Shown: positions 41,669 through 50,775 of the stretch, piece by piece
Numbering within the stretch: position 1 is the first letter of the stretch
Layout of the letters: each line of letters starts with the position of its first letter
Notes under the pieces: model-generated
What the model saw: only the letters and a program-made list of their open reading frames with translations
Databases searched by the model: none
What the model was told of the DNA's origin: nothing
Assembly (NCBI GenBank): GCA_035294245.1
Contig: DATGLG010000068.1
Span: 146,766-210,765 of the forward strand
Length of the DNA: 64,000 nt
Direction of reading: 5' to 3'
Source: Alphaproteobacteria bacterium
Lineage (GTDB): Bacteria > Pseudomonadota > Alphaproteobacteria > JACZXZ01
Made by a program: the position numbers and the translations under genes

Positions 41669-41707
41669 CGACCGGCTCTCCCCTGTTGTGGATTTGGACG
41701 CTTACCC

Positions 41708-41729
41708 GCTGGTATAGAATATACCGGAG
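41708..41729. promoter_or_regulatory. GntR/FadR-type operator-like palindrome upstream of the MFS-YkgJ-PurC-like-RLP-cupin operon
   Basis: gcTGGTATAgaaTATACCGGag read directly. Inverted repeat TGGTATA/TATACCG, about 50 nt upstream of the MFS start codon. Resembles TGGTA...TACCA GntR-family boxes. Confidence 0.35.
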
Positions 41730-41893
41730 CAGCCGCGCGCGATACGGCGCCCGAGCGGCTGCGCCAAGCCGGGCCATCCGCTGCGCGTGACGCAGTAATG
41801 CCGTTACAGCCACACCTTTATCACAGAGGATGGATTTTGCCCCCGCGACGCCGCCCCCTATTCTTCAAATAAGAGAAACAAAAGGCAGAGAAT

Positions 41894-42613
41894 ATGGATT
41901 ATATTAAGCAATTCGATTACTCCATCATACACTTCCTGAACCAGTTCGCCCGAAAAAGCCCGGCGTTCGATACTTTCGTTTTCGACGTCGCCGATTCCGA
42001 CCTGCTCAAGGGCGGCATCTTCATGGCCTATTTCTGGTGGCTCTGGTTCAAGAGCTACGAGGCGCCGGTGCGGCGCCGGGCCGTCGTCGTCTTCGTCCTC
42101 GGCGGCATCGCGGCGGCGATCATCTCGCGGATTCTCCAGATCGCCCTTCCCTATCATGGCCGCCCCTTGCACACGGCCGATCTCGGCTTCGTGGTGCCGA
42201 TCGGCGTCAATCCCGCCACGCTCAGCTTCTGGAACTCGTTCCCGAGCGACCACGCCGTCCTCTTCTTCGCCCTATCGATGGCGGTCTGGTATTACTCGCG
42301 CCGCCTCGGGGTCGTGGCGATGATCTGGACGTTCTTCGTCATATGCGTGCCACGGGTCTATCTCGGCTACCATTTCCCCAGCGACGTCATCGTCGGCGCC
42401 GTTCTCGGCGTGCTCATCATGATGGCCGCTCACCGGCTGTTCACCAATTCCGGCTTCGTCGAGGGAATCGTCGATCTGGAAAGGACGCACAGGGCGATCT
42501 TCTACTGCCTCGCCTTCCTGCTCACTTACGAGCTCGCCATCCTGTTCTACGATCTGCGCGTGCTCGCCGTGGACAGCATCCACATCATCAAGGCGATCGT
42601 GAAGGCTGCATGA
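41894..42613 (+). CDS. PAP2-family phosphatase (acid phosphatase / lipid phosphate phosphatase superfamily)
   Basis: Conserved PAP2 motifs SFPSDH and YLGYHFPSDVIVGAVLG, with a multi-TM topology. Confidence 0.75.
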   Translation: MDYIKQFDYSIIHFLNQFARKSPAFDTFVFDVADSDLLKGGIFMAYFWWLWFKSYEAPVRRRAVVVFVLGGIAAAIISRILQIALPYHGRPLHTADLGFVVPIGVNPATLSFWNSFPSDHAVLFFALSMAVWYYSRRLGVVAMIWTFFVICVPRVYLGYHFPSDVIVGAVLGVLIMMAAHRLFTNSGFVEGIVDLERTHRAIFYCLAFLLTYELAILFYDLRVLAVDSIHIIKAIVKAA

Positions 42614-42649
42614 CGTCAGCCGTCGCGGCTGCGTCGGCCGAGGTGGAGA

Positions 42650-43879
42650 TCACCCGGCCTTGGCGATCGGCTGAATAGGGAGATTCCCCACCGGGCGCGG
42701 CCGTCCCTCGAGGATGCGGCAGAGCTCCGTGACGTCGTCTCCGGACACGAAGGTTGCGATCGGCAGGCTGAGGAGACGCTGGCATTTCTCCTGATAGGCT
42801 GCCCGCGTCAGCGTTTCGAAGAAACGAACGATCGCCTCCTCGAGTAAACCGTCGAACGTCCACCCCACCCCGAGCCGTTCGATGAGCGCGCCGATCTCGA
42901 AGCCCTGCACGGCAAGACACGGCACGCCATGGAGGCCTGCCTCGTAGAACCGGCAAGGCAGCAGCCAGCGCGAATTGTGATCGGCGTGCTCGAGATCGAG
43001 GGCCCAGGCGAAATCGACTTGCCGATAGAGGGACGGCAGGTCGCGAGGCGCGAGATAAGGACCCTCATAGACCATGTTGCGGCTGCGCTTCAGGGCCGCG
43101 AAGAACTTCTCCTCGTCGACGGTCGTGAGGATGCCGCGGAACTTGAAGAGGACCCGATCCTGCAGTCGCGCGGCGACCCGCGTCATGAGATCGAACGTCG
43201 CCTCGCCGCGAATCAACCCGAAATAGCCGACCACCCATTGGTACGGCCCCCGCTCGTCGGCGCCATCCCCGCGCATTCGCCGCTCACCCGAGAGATGATT
43301 CAGCGCGGAGGGGTGAAGCTTGTTCTCGAGGAGGAACCACTCCCGCCGATAACCCTGAGTCGGCAGATAATAGTTGCGATGGAATCCCGGGGAGGACAGC
43401 ACGAGCAGGCGCACATGGCGCAGGCACCAGCGCTCGATCATCCGCAACAGGATTGATGCCGGCTTTCGACCGGTCAGGATCGGCGGTATGTCCAGAACCT
43501 CGTACGCCAAGGTGACCCGCCCGCAGGCCACCAGCCGCCCGATCAGCGCCAGGATGAGCTGGTCGATATTGCGTGCATAAAAGACGGAGGCGCGGCGAAG
43601 GCGGCGCCGATTTTTGATGACGATGGGGATCGCCTTCAGCAGCGCCCAGATGCGATGCCAATATCGACCGTCGGATGTCGCGCCGAGGGAGACATACGAC
43701 CAGGGCGGGTTGTAGTCGCGATTGTATCGCTGACGGCGGAAGCCGAAGACGGTGATGCGATAGCCGTAGTCGATGAAGTCCTGGACGCGCTTGATCGTGC
43801 TGCCATCAGTGAGATCGGGAGCGAAGAAGATGAGCCGTCGACCGTCCTTCTCAGCCCTGTCCGCCACGCTCCGCTCCAC
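42650..43879 (-). CDS. Glycosyltransferase (GT1/GT4-like)
   Basis: 409 aa with a GT-B fold C-terminal region (…FYEAGLHGVPCLAV…). First gene of the EPS locus. Confidence 0.65.
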   Translation of the reverse strand: MERSVADRAEKDGRRLIFFAPDLTDGSTIKRVQDFIDYGYRITVFGFRRQRYNRDYNPPWSYVSLGATSDGRYWHRIWALLKAIPIVIKNRRRLRRASVFYARNIDQLILALIGRLVACGRVTLAYEVLDIPPILTGRKPASILLRMIERWCLRHVRLLVLSSPGFHRNYYLPTQGYRREWFLLENKLHPSALNHLSGERRMRGDGADERGPYQWVVGYFGLIRGEATFDLMTRVAARLQDRVLFKFRGILTTVDEEKFFAALKRSRNMVYEGPYLAPRDLPSLYRQVDFAWALDLEHADHNSRWLLPCRFYEAGLHGVPCLAVQGFEIGALIERLGVGWTFDGLLEEAIVRFFETLTRAAYQEKCQRLLSLPIATFVSGDDVTELCRILEGRPRPVGNLPIQPIAKAG

Positions 43880-44171
43880 GGCTTCCCCTCAAGTCAAGCG
43901 CAGACCGCTCACTTCCCCCAACCGTCCGCAGATGTCGGCGAGAATGGCGTGATCGACGAATGCGGGCCGGGCTTCCGGGCGAGCATTATCCGTGAAGAGG
44001 AATAGCGCCCCTTGTGATCAATTTGTGGTTCGGCCGCGATCCTGAAAATTCCAGCATTTCCAACTTTTAACGCGCAATCCGCGAGGCCGGGACAGTCACA
44101 GGTTGATCACTGGCTCGACCAGGTCCCCCGATGTTCCATGTGGCTGCCTATGGCCCATATCGAAGCGGGGG

Positions 44172-45347
44172 ATGCGCGTGAGCGCGACCGTGGTCCAATC
44201 CGAGCCTCGACCGTCGACGCCGGCGCCCCAGGCGCCGCGCTTCGAGCGCGTGGCGGTGACGTCCGTGTTCGGCGATCCGCGGAGTCCCCGCACCTGGTCC
44301 GGCGCGCCCAGCAACGTCATCTCGGGGCTCGAGCGCCTGGGGATCAGCGTCGAAGGGATATGGCCGAAACTCACCCGTTGGCAGAAGCTGCGGTTGGCGG
44401 CGGGTCAAATTCTCGCCGGCTATGGCCGCCCGATCACCAGCGAGCAGATCATCCGCGGCCGCGGCGCGCGCGAAATTCGTGCGCGTCAGCTCGCGGCGGC
44501 CGTCGAGCGATTGGGCGTCCGCCACGTTTTGCACCTGGGAACCCTCGATCTGCCTGCCCTCGATCTCCTGCGCGGCGTCAAGCATTACCTTTATTGCGAC
44601 CAGACCTGGGCGCTGTCGATGCGCTATCGCCCCGATCGCAACAGCTACACGGCGAAGGCGGTCGAGGAATACGAGCGCCTGGAGCGTGATTCCCTGCGCG
44701 GCCTCGATCATGTCTTCACCTTCGGGGCCTATGTGCGCGACAACATCGTCGAGCATTACGGGGTCTCTCCGGAGCGGGTGACGACGGTGGGCTCCGGGAT
44801 GGGCAATGTCGAGCCCTATTTCGGCCCCAAGGAATACGGACAGGCAAAGCTGCTTTTCGTCGCCAAGCACCTTTTCAAGGCGAAGGGCGGCGCCCTCCTA
44901 GTCGACGCCTTCCTTCGCGCCCATCGCCGCCGCCCCGACTTGACGCTGACAATCGTCGGCGACGAAAGGAGCCGCCACTTCGTGCCCTCCCACACGGGCA
45001 TCGTCTTCCGCGCGCACCTGCCTTGGCTGGAGCTGCAGCAGCTCTATCGCACCGCCAGCCTGCTGACGCAGCCGATGCTGAACGATCCCTGGGGCCAGGT
45101 CTACCTGGAGGCGCTGGTGTCGCGCACGCCGGTCCTGGGACTCAATCGCAATGGCCTGCCCGAGATCACCGAAGGCGGGCGTCACGGCTTTCTCGTGGAC
45201 GAGGCCGATCCTCAGGCCTTGGCGGACGCCATCCTCGCGGCGGTCGAGAATCCCCGCCGGCTGGCGGAGATGGGAATGAGCGGCCAGCGCCACGCCCTCA
45301 ACACCTATTCATGGAATCGCGTGGCGGAGCGAATCGCCTACCGGTGA
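44172..45347 (+). CDS. Glycosyltransferase family 4
   Basis: ORF 44103..45347. ATG 44172 (MRVSATVVQ...) preferred, after a GGGGG RBS. GT4 C-terminal motifs (…EGGRHGFLVDEADPQALADAI…). Confidence 0.65.
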   Translation: MRVSATVVQSEPRPSTPAPQAPRFERVAVTSVFGDPRSPRTWSGAPSNVISGLERLGISVEGIWPKLTRWQKLRLAAGQILAGYGRPITSEQIIRGRGAREIRARQLAAAVERLGVRHVLHLGTLDLPALDLLRGVKHYLYCDQTWALSMRYRPDRNSYTAKAVEEYERLERDSLRGLDHVFTFGAYVRDNIVEHYGVSPERVTTVGSGMGNVEPYFGPKEYGQAKLLFVAKHLFKAKGGALLVDAFLRAHRRRPDLTLTIVGDERSRHFVPSHTGIVFRAHLPWLELQQLYRTASLLTQPMLNDPWGQVYLEALVSRTPVLGLNRNGLPEITEGGRHGFLVDEADPQALADAILAAVENPRRLAEMGMSGQRHALNTYSWNRVAERIAYR

Positions 45348-45437
45348 GTACGGGCGGGTTGCCGTCTCGATATCGCTCGGCGTGAGTGCCGATCAACGGA
45401 AATCGGCAAAATCCATCGGATCAACGATGAAAGGGAC

Positions 45438-46532
45438 ATGAGCATGTCGGATAAAGTTGCTCTGATAACGGGCGTGACGGGTCAGGACGGCGCGTATTTG
45501 GCCGCGTTCCTGCTTCAGCGGGGATATATCGTCCATGGTGTCAAGAGGCGCTCCTCCTCCCTCAACACGGCTCGGGTCGATCATCTCTATCTCGACAGGC
45601 ACGAGAAGAACCTGCGGTTCTTCCTGCATTACGGCGATATGACCGATTCGACGGGGCTGATTCGCCTGATCGACGAGGTACGTCCGACCGAGATCTACAA
45701 CCTCGCCGCCCAGAGCCATGTCCAGGTCAGCTTCGAGACGCCGGAATACACGGCCAATACCGACGCCCTCGGGACCTTGCGGGTGCTCGAGGCGATCCGA
45801 ATTTTGAAGATGCAGGACCACGTGCGCTTCTACCAGGCGTCCACCTCGGAGCTTTTCGGCAAGGTGCTGGAGACGCCACAGCGCGAGATTACGCCCTTCT
45901 ACCCGCGCAGCCCCTATGCAGCGGCGAAGCTCTATGCCTATTGGATCACCGTGAACTATCGCGAGGCTTACGGCATCCATGCCTCGAACGGGATCCTGTT
46001 CAATCACGAATCCCCCACCCGCGGCGAGACGTTTGTCACGCGCAAAATCACGCGGGCCGTCGCGGCCATTGAGCACCGGATGCAGGATCGGCTCTATCTT
46101 GGCAACATCGACGCCAAGCGCGACTGGGGCCACGCCCGCGACTACGTGGAGGGCATGTGGCTCATCCTGCAGCAGGACGAGCCGGACGACTACGTGCTGG
46201 CGACCGGAGAGACGCACTCGGTGCGCGAATTCGTCGAGCTGGCGTTTCGGTGCATCAATCGCCCGATCGTGTGGGAAGGCAAGGGCGCGAGCGAGAAGGG
46301 CTTTTGCACGAGAACGGGGGAGATCCTCGTCGCGATCGATCCGGCCTATTACCGGCCGACCGAGGTCGATCTCCTGCTCGGCAGCCCGGAGAAGGCACGC
46401 AAGAAGCTCGGGTGGCGACACAAGACGAGCTTCGAGCAGCTCGTCGCGGAGATGGTCGAAGCCGATCGCGCCGCCTTGCTGCAGACCCACGTCGACTTCA
46501 CCCAAGAGAGGCGCCTGCGCGCCGCGCAATGA
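45438..46532 (+). CDS. gmd: GDP-mannose 4,6-dehydratase
   Basis: [19 protein letters not shown]… with [10 protein letters not shown] and the Gmd-specific …[19 protein letters not shown]…[11 protein letters not shown]…. Confidence 0.9.
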   Translation: MSMSDKVALITGVTGQDGAYLAAFLLQRGYIVHGVKRRSSSLNTARVDHLYLDRHEKNLRFFLHYGDMTDSTGLIRLIDEVRPTEIYNLAAQSHVQVSFETPEYTANTDALGTLRVLEAIRILKMQDHVRFYQASTSELFGKVLETPQREITPFYPRSPYAAAKLYAYWITVNYREAYGIHASNGILFNHESPTRGETFVTRKITRAVAAIEHRMQDRLYLGNIDAKRDWGHARDYVEGMWLILQQDEPDDYVLATGETHSVREFVELAFRCINRPIVWEGKGASEKGFCTRTGEILVAIDPAYYRPTEVDLLLGSPEKARKKLGWRHKTSFEQLVAEMVEADRAALLQTHVDFTQERRLRAAQ

Positions 46533-46653
46533 TGCGGCGTCCGGCGCGCTATCGGGCGGCCGCTACGAGCGCGGGCGGCCGCCCCCGCCCGCCCCTCCTT
46601 GGGAAATCGCGGCTATTCGCCCGGATCCTTCCGTGTAGCTACAACCCAGATAG

Positions 46654-47877
46654 CTACAACGCCGCGATCGCGGCGATGAGCTGCTTGCCGCGGCTCGACC
46701 AGTCGAACTTGTCGCGGCACTCGGCATAGGCGTGGTCTTGCAGACTGTTGAGGAGCTTGAGGTCGTCCATCACGTTGAGCACACCCTGGGCGAGCGCCGC
46801 GTGATCGGGATAAAGGAGAATGCTGCGGTCCTGCCGAAGCGGGACACCGGCGACTGATCCGTCGAGCGCCAGGATCGGCAATCGGTTGAAGACATATTCG
46901 AGGACCTTAAGCTTGAACCCGCCCCCGTTGCGCTCCGGAACGATGGCGATGCGCGCCGCGTCCATGTAGTCGGTTACATCGCCGACCGTTCCCGTGAACA
47001 CGGTGGCCGTCACCTTCTTGCGCAGTTGATTGAGGAAGGACTCCTCGGCGCTCCCGATCACCTGAAGCTCCGCCCGATGAGAGGCGAATACCGGATCGGC
47101 AACGCTGACGAACTCCTCGAGATTCATGCGCTTGGCGACCCAGTCGAAGCTCCCGACGATGACGGCGCGACGAGGAAAATCGGTCGTGATCCTGCGGCCG
47201 GCCACGTGGCGCCCCTGATAGCCGGGCGTCAGGATATCGATCCGCTTGTCCGGTCGGCGGGCCTTGTAGAGGGAGCCGTCCTCGGGGGTGATGGCCGTCA
47301 CGAGATCGACCGCGTCCACCAGGCGCCGCTCGAGCAGACGGACCTTCAGCGCATCTAGCCACATCGCCTGCCGCTTCAGCGGCTGCTCCTGGTTGCTCGC
47401 GATCTGGGCCCGTATGCTCTCCTCGTGGTTATGGGAGATATAGACGAGCTTCGGCCTCCGTCGCTTGTTGGAATAATGCTGCAACACCGGCCGCATGGCC
47501 CAGCCGACGGAAATGCCGTCGAAGACGATGCAGTCCCAGCCATCCTGCCGGAGCAGGTCGCCGAGCAGCCTCTGCATGTCCGCGGTCTGGCATCGATGGG
47601 CGATATGGGGAAGGCACGAGGCTAGGCTTGCCCAGCGAGAGAGCGGCTGATGATCGGCCAGCCACCACCGCACATTGCCGTCGACCGCGTGCGTTCGATT
47701 CGATTCCGGCCGGCTTAGCCCGAGCACATCGACGAGGGCGCCCGCATTCGCGAGCGCCTCGATCAAGCCGCCCGAGTAGATGAACTGGCCGTTATGCCGC
47801 GGCTCCGGATCGGCAAGGGTTAGCCATAGACAGCGCATTTGTCGCACTGATCTAGCAGTGGGCCCATCAATAGGCAT
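46654..47877 (-). CDS. Glycosyltransferase family 1/4
   Basis: 407 aa. GT-B C-terminal domain (…AIVPERNGGGFKLKVLEY…). Confidence 0.65.
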   Translation of the reverse strand: MPIDGPTARSVRQMRCLWLTLADPEPRHNGQFIYSGGLIEALANAGALVDVLGLSRPESNRTHAVDGNVRWWLADHQPLSRWASLASCLPHIAHRCQTADMQRLLGDLLRQDGWDCIVFDGISVGWAMRPVLQHYSNKRRRPKLVYISHNHEESIRAQIASNQEQPLKRQAMWLDALKVRLLERRLVDAVDLVTAITPEDGSLYKARRPDKRIDILTPGYQGRHVAGRRITTDFPRRAVIVGSFDWVAKRMNLEEFVSVADPVFASHRAELQVIGSAEESFLNQLRKKVTATVFTGTVGDVTDYMDAARIAIVPERNGGGFKLKVLEYVFNRLPILALDGSVAGVPLRQDRSILLYPDHAALAQGVLNVMDDLKLLNSLQDHAYAECRDKFDWSSRGKQLIAAIAAL

Positions 47878-49378
47878 AACGGCCGGTGAAGCCGCCGAGA
47901 ACCGTCCGGGCGATGATGCGGAGGTCTAAGAGGATCGACCAATGCTCGATGTAATAGAGGTCATGCTCCACTCGCTTCTGAATCTGCTCGATGGTCTGGG
48001 TCTCGCCTCGCCAGCCGTTCACCTGCGCCCAGCCCGTGATCCCCGGCTTCATGCGATGCCGGGCGTCGTAGTACCGGACCGCGTCCTGGTAGAGCAGACC
48101 GCCCGCCTTGGCGGCGAGCGCATGCGGCCGTGGGCCCACGATGGACATCTCGCCACGCAGGACATTGATGAATTGCGGCAGCTCGTCGAGGCTGGTCTTG
48201 CGCAGGAAGGCACCGATCCTCGTCACGCGCGGATCGTTCCGGCGCGTGAGCTGCTCGGCATTATCGTCCCGCGCATGATGATACATGGTGCGGAACTTGA
48301 AGATCTCGATGAGCTCGTTATTGAGCCCATAACGCTTCTGCTTGAAGAAGACCGGCCCGCGGCTGCTCAGCTTGATGAGAGCGGCGATGGCGAGCATCAT
48401 GGGCGAGATCAAGGCGAGGATGAGTGCCGCCAGCAGCCGATCCTCGATCTCCTTCGCGACCCATTTCCAATCATGGAGCGGGTTGTCGGCGATAGTGAGG
48501 AAGCTGAGCCCCCCCATATGGCTGATCCCGCAGGTGGAGAGCTGAAACCCGAACTGGTCGGGGCAGAGGCGCACGTCGACGGGAAGCACCGTAAGCTTGT
48601 TAAGGATTTCCGTGAGGCGCCAATCGGCCGACAGCGGCAGCGCGACGATTACCGTATCAATCCGGTGTGAGCGCGCGTCGCTTACCAGATCGTCGACGTT
48701 TCCCAGGATCGGATGTCCCATGCAACGCGGCGGAAGCCGGCTCAGCCGGTCATCATAAACGCCGAGGATCTTGAGGTCGGGATCCGATTTGACATTGAGC
48801 TGCCGCAGGAGCCGCTGCCCAATCGCGCCGGCGCCGACGACCGCGACGACCTTGCCAAGGCTTCCTTTCGTCCGAGCGTGGCGGATAAAAAGAAGCACGG
48901 CGACTCGGATTCCCCAGAGGAGCAGGACTCCGCCGGCGAACCAGGCCACCAGCCATCGCCGCTCCGACGGACCGAATATTCCCGCGCCGAGGCTGATCGC
49001 CGCCAGGATGGCGGTGACGGCAAGGCAGGCCCCCGCCGACCTGCAGAACGAGGCGCCGGGAGCGCTCAAGGTCCCGAAGCGGTAGGCGCCGGCCCAATAG
49101 AGCAAATTGACGAGCAGAACGGCGCCCAGCAGGCCGGCCACAGCCATGACCCGCCACGCATCGCCTACTTGGCCCGCTATCCAAATGGTCGACGCCGTTG
49201 CCACGGCCACCATGCCCAAGCCGTCGGCGATGCCGACCAGGCCGCTCACAATTGCGCCGGACACCTGTCTCGGAGCTTCGGCGAAGATGCGTGGCTTCGC
49301 CGGTCGCCGATGTCTTTCCGCCGCTCGCCCTCCCTCGACGGCGCGTAGCAAGGGTTTCGATGCAGCCTGGCTTTTCAT
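47867..49378 (-). CDS. Polyprenyl-phosphate hexose-1-phosphate transferase (WbaP/ExoY-like initiating sugar transferase)
   Basis: Preferred start 49376-49378 (MKSQAAS...). N-terminal TM segments, a central Rossmann-like segment ([11 protein letters not shown]) and a C-terminal bacterial sugar-transferase domain (…KFRTMY…[22 protein letters not shown]…). The ORF track starts at 49543. Confidence 0.8.
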   Translation of the reverse strand: MKSQAASKPLLRAVEGGRAAERHRRPAKPRIFAEAPRQVSGAIVSGLVGIADGLGMVAVATASTIWIAGQVGDAWRVMAVAGLLGAVLLVNLLYWAGAYRFGTLSAPGASFCRSAGACLAVTAILAAISLGAGIFGPSERRWLVAWFAGGVLLLWGIRVAVLLFIRHARTKGSLGKVVAVVGAGAIGQRLLRQLNVKSDPDLKILGVYDDRLSRLPPRCMGHPILGNVDDLVSDARSHRIDTVIVALPLSADWRLTEILNKLTVLPVDVRLCPDQFGFQLSTCGISHMGGLSFLTIADNPLHDWKWVAKEIEDRLLAALILALISPMMLAIAALIKLSSRGPVFFKQKRYGLNNELIEIFKFRTMYHHARDDNAEQLTRRNDPRVTRIGAFLRKTSLDELPQFINVLRGEMSIVGPRPHALAAKAGGLLYQDAVRYYDARHRMKPGITGWAQVNGWRGETQTIEQIQKRVEHDLYYIEHWSILLDLRIIARTVLGGFTGRYAY

Positions 49379-49547
49379 CGCATGATCCCGAACTCTCGGC
49401 ATGTCGTGGGAATCCACGGCCATGGCCCCTGCAGGCTTCGGCGCGCAGCGGCCTGGCAGGTTCGGGTTTGCCATATCGGGGCGGGCTTGGTCTTGTGACC
49501 AAGTTGGGGCAGCGACGGTTGCAGGAATCACTCCCGGGATCAATCCG

Positions 49548-50774
49548 TTACGTCGCGTCGCTCATCTCGAAAAGAGATGAAAAGATCGCCGAGGCAAAAT
49601 GCTTCGGCATACGGTCCGTCACAAAGGCGGCCGCAGCGCTGGCATCGAAGAAGGACCGTGATCCATGCCTTGCCATCTGCACCATGGCTTGCGACAAGGC
49701 GTGCGGATCGGCAGCGTCGATCGCGAGGCCAAGCCGATGATCCGCCACCAATCGCCCGATCAAGCCGAAGTCCTGCGTCAGGACCGGCCGCCCCGCTCGC
49801 GCGGCCCAAAGGAGAACGCCGCTCGAGCCGACAAAGCGCTGATAGGGGGCAAGCACGACGTCACAGCCTTTGACCATGCAGTCGAGCTCGCCACGCGCGA
49901 GCCACCGGTTCTCGACATGCAACCAGAGCTCCGGCCGCTCTGCAGCCAGGCTTCGACATTGCGCGAGGACGGTGTTGCGAATCCCGGGATCGATATTCCC
50001 CGCGAGGACGACCGCTATACGCTGCGCGCTATCACGCGGCAGGAGCCGAAGAGCCTCGAGGAGCACCAAGACCCCCTTGCGCGCGGTTAGAAATCCAAAC
50101 AGCAGGAATTTGACGCGGTCGACCGGCATCGATTCCGCGAGGCGCGCGTCTTCGGATGTATGATTCACGGGCGGGTGCGCGGGGTCGGGAACGCTGCGGA
50201 TCCGATCGCCACAGCGATAATGGCGCGCTGCATAGTTGGGAAAGTAAGGATCCAGCGTGAGAACGAGCCCAACGCTGGGATTGCGCAGCATCAGCCGATA
50301 GAGCAGCGCCTTCCGCCAATCCCTCACCCTCTCGCCGAAGCGAGGGCGATAGCGGCCCAGCGACCGATAATGCACGGAGGGGCGGAAGAGGATCCCGCTC
50401 ACGCTCTTCCCCCCTGCGCGGAGGCCGAGGGCGAGCGGCAAGGCGAGCTGGTCGAACATCAGAAAATGACCGATTTCGGCGCCGGTCAGGCGCAGGTAGC
50501 GCCGCATCGTCCACCAACGCGCGAAGGCGTTGATGGAGAGCAGCCGGTGCGTGCAGAGGCGATGCTCCCAGGCACGAAGCGGCACGAGGCGGACGCGCTC
50601 TTCCGCCTCCCGCGGCAGCTCGGACGCAAGCTCCGCATGAAGCTCCGCGGCGACGATAAACCACACCATCGACCGCCGCGCGTCGGCGATGGCGAAGCGC
50701 AGGAGATATTGCAGCCATTCTCTCGGATGCCCCTCGATGTCGGGCTCGAGAAAGAGGAAGCGCCTCGCTTGCAA
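49548..50774 (-). CDS. Glycosyltransferase family 1/4
   Basis: 408 aa, GT-B fold (…VVLAPYQRFVGSSGVLLWAARAGRPVL…). Confidence 0.65.
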   Translation of the reverse strand: MQARRFLFLEPDIEGHPREWLQYLLRFAIADARRSMVWFIVAAELHAELASELPREAEERVRLVPLRAWEHRLCTHRLLSINAFARWWTMRRYLRLTGAEIGHFLMFDQLALPLALGLRAGGKSVSGILFRPSVHYRSLGRYRPRFGERVRDWRKALLYRLMLRNPSVGLVLTLDPYFPNYAARHYRCGDRIRSVPDPAHPPVNHTSEDARLAESMPVDRVKFLLFGFLTARKGVLVLLEALRLLPRDSAQRIAVVLAGNIDPGIRNTVLAQCRSLAAERPELWLHVENRWLARGELDCMVKGCDVVLAPYQRFVGSSGVLLWAARAGRPVLTQDFGLIGRLVADHRLGLAIDAADPHALSQAMVQMARHGSRSFFDASAAAAFVTDRMPKHFASAIFSSLFEMSDAT

Positions 50775-50775
50775 T

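Noticed and set aside
39581-41813. 676-aa plus-strand ORF and 521-aa alternative minus-frame ORF over the MFS transporter gene
   Set aside because: The OFA-family MFS reading frame (40367..41668 -) has the 12-TM pattern. The others are R/G/D/E-rich artefacts.
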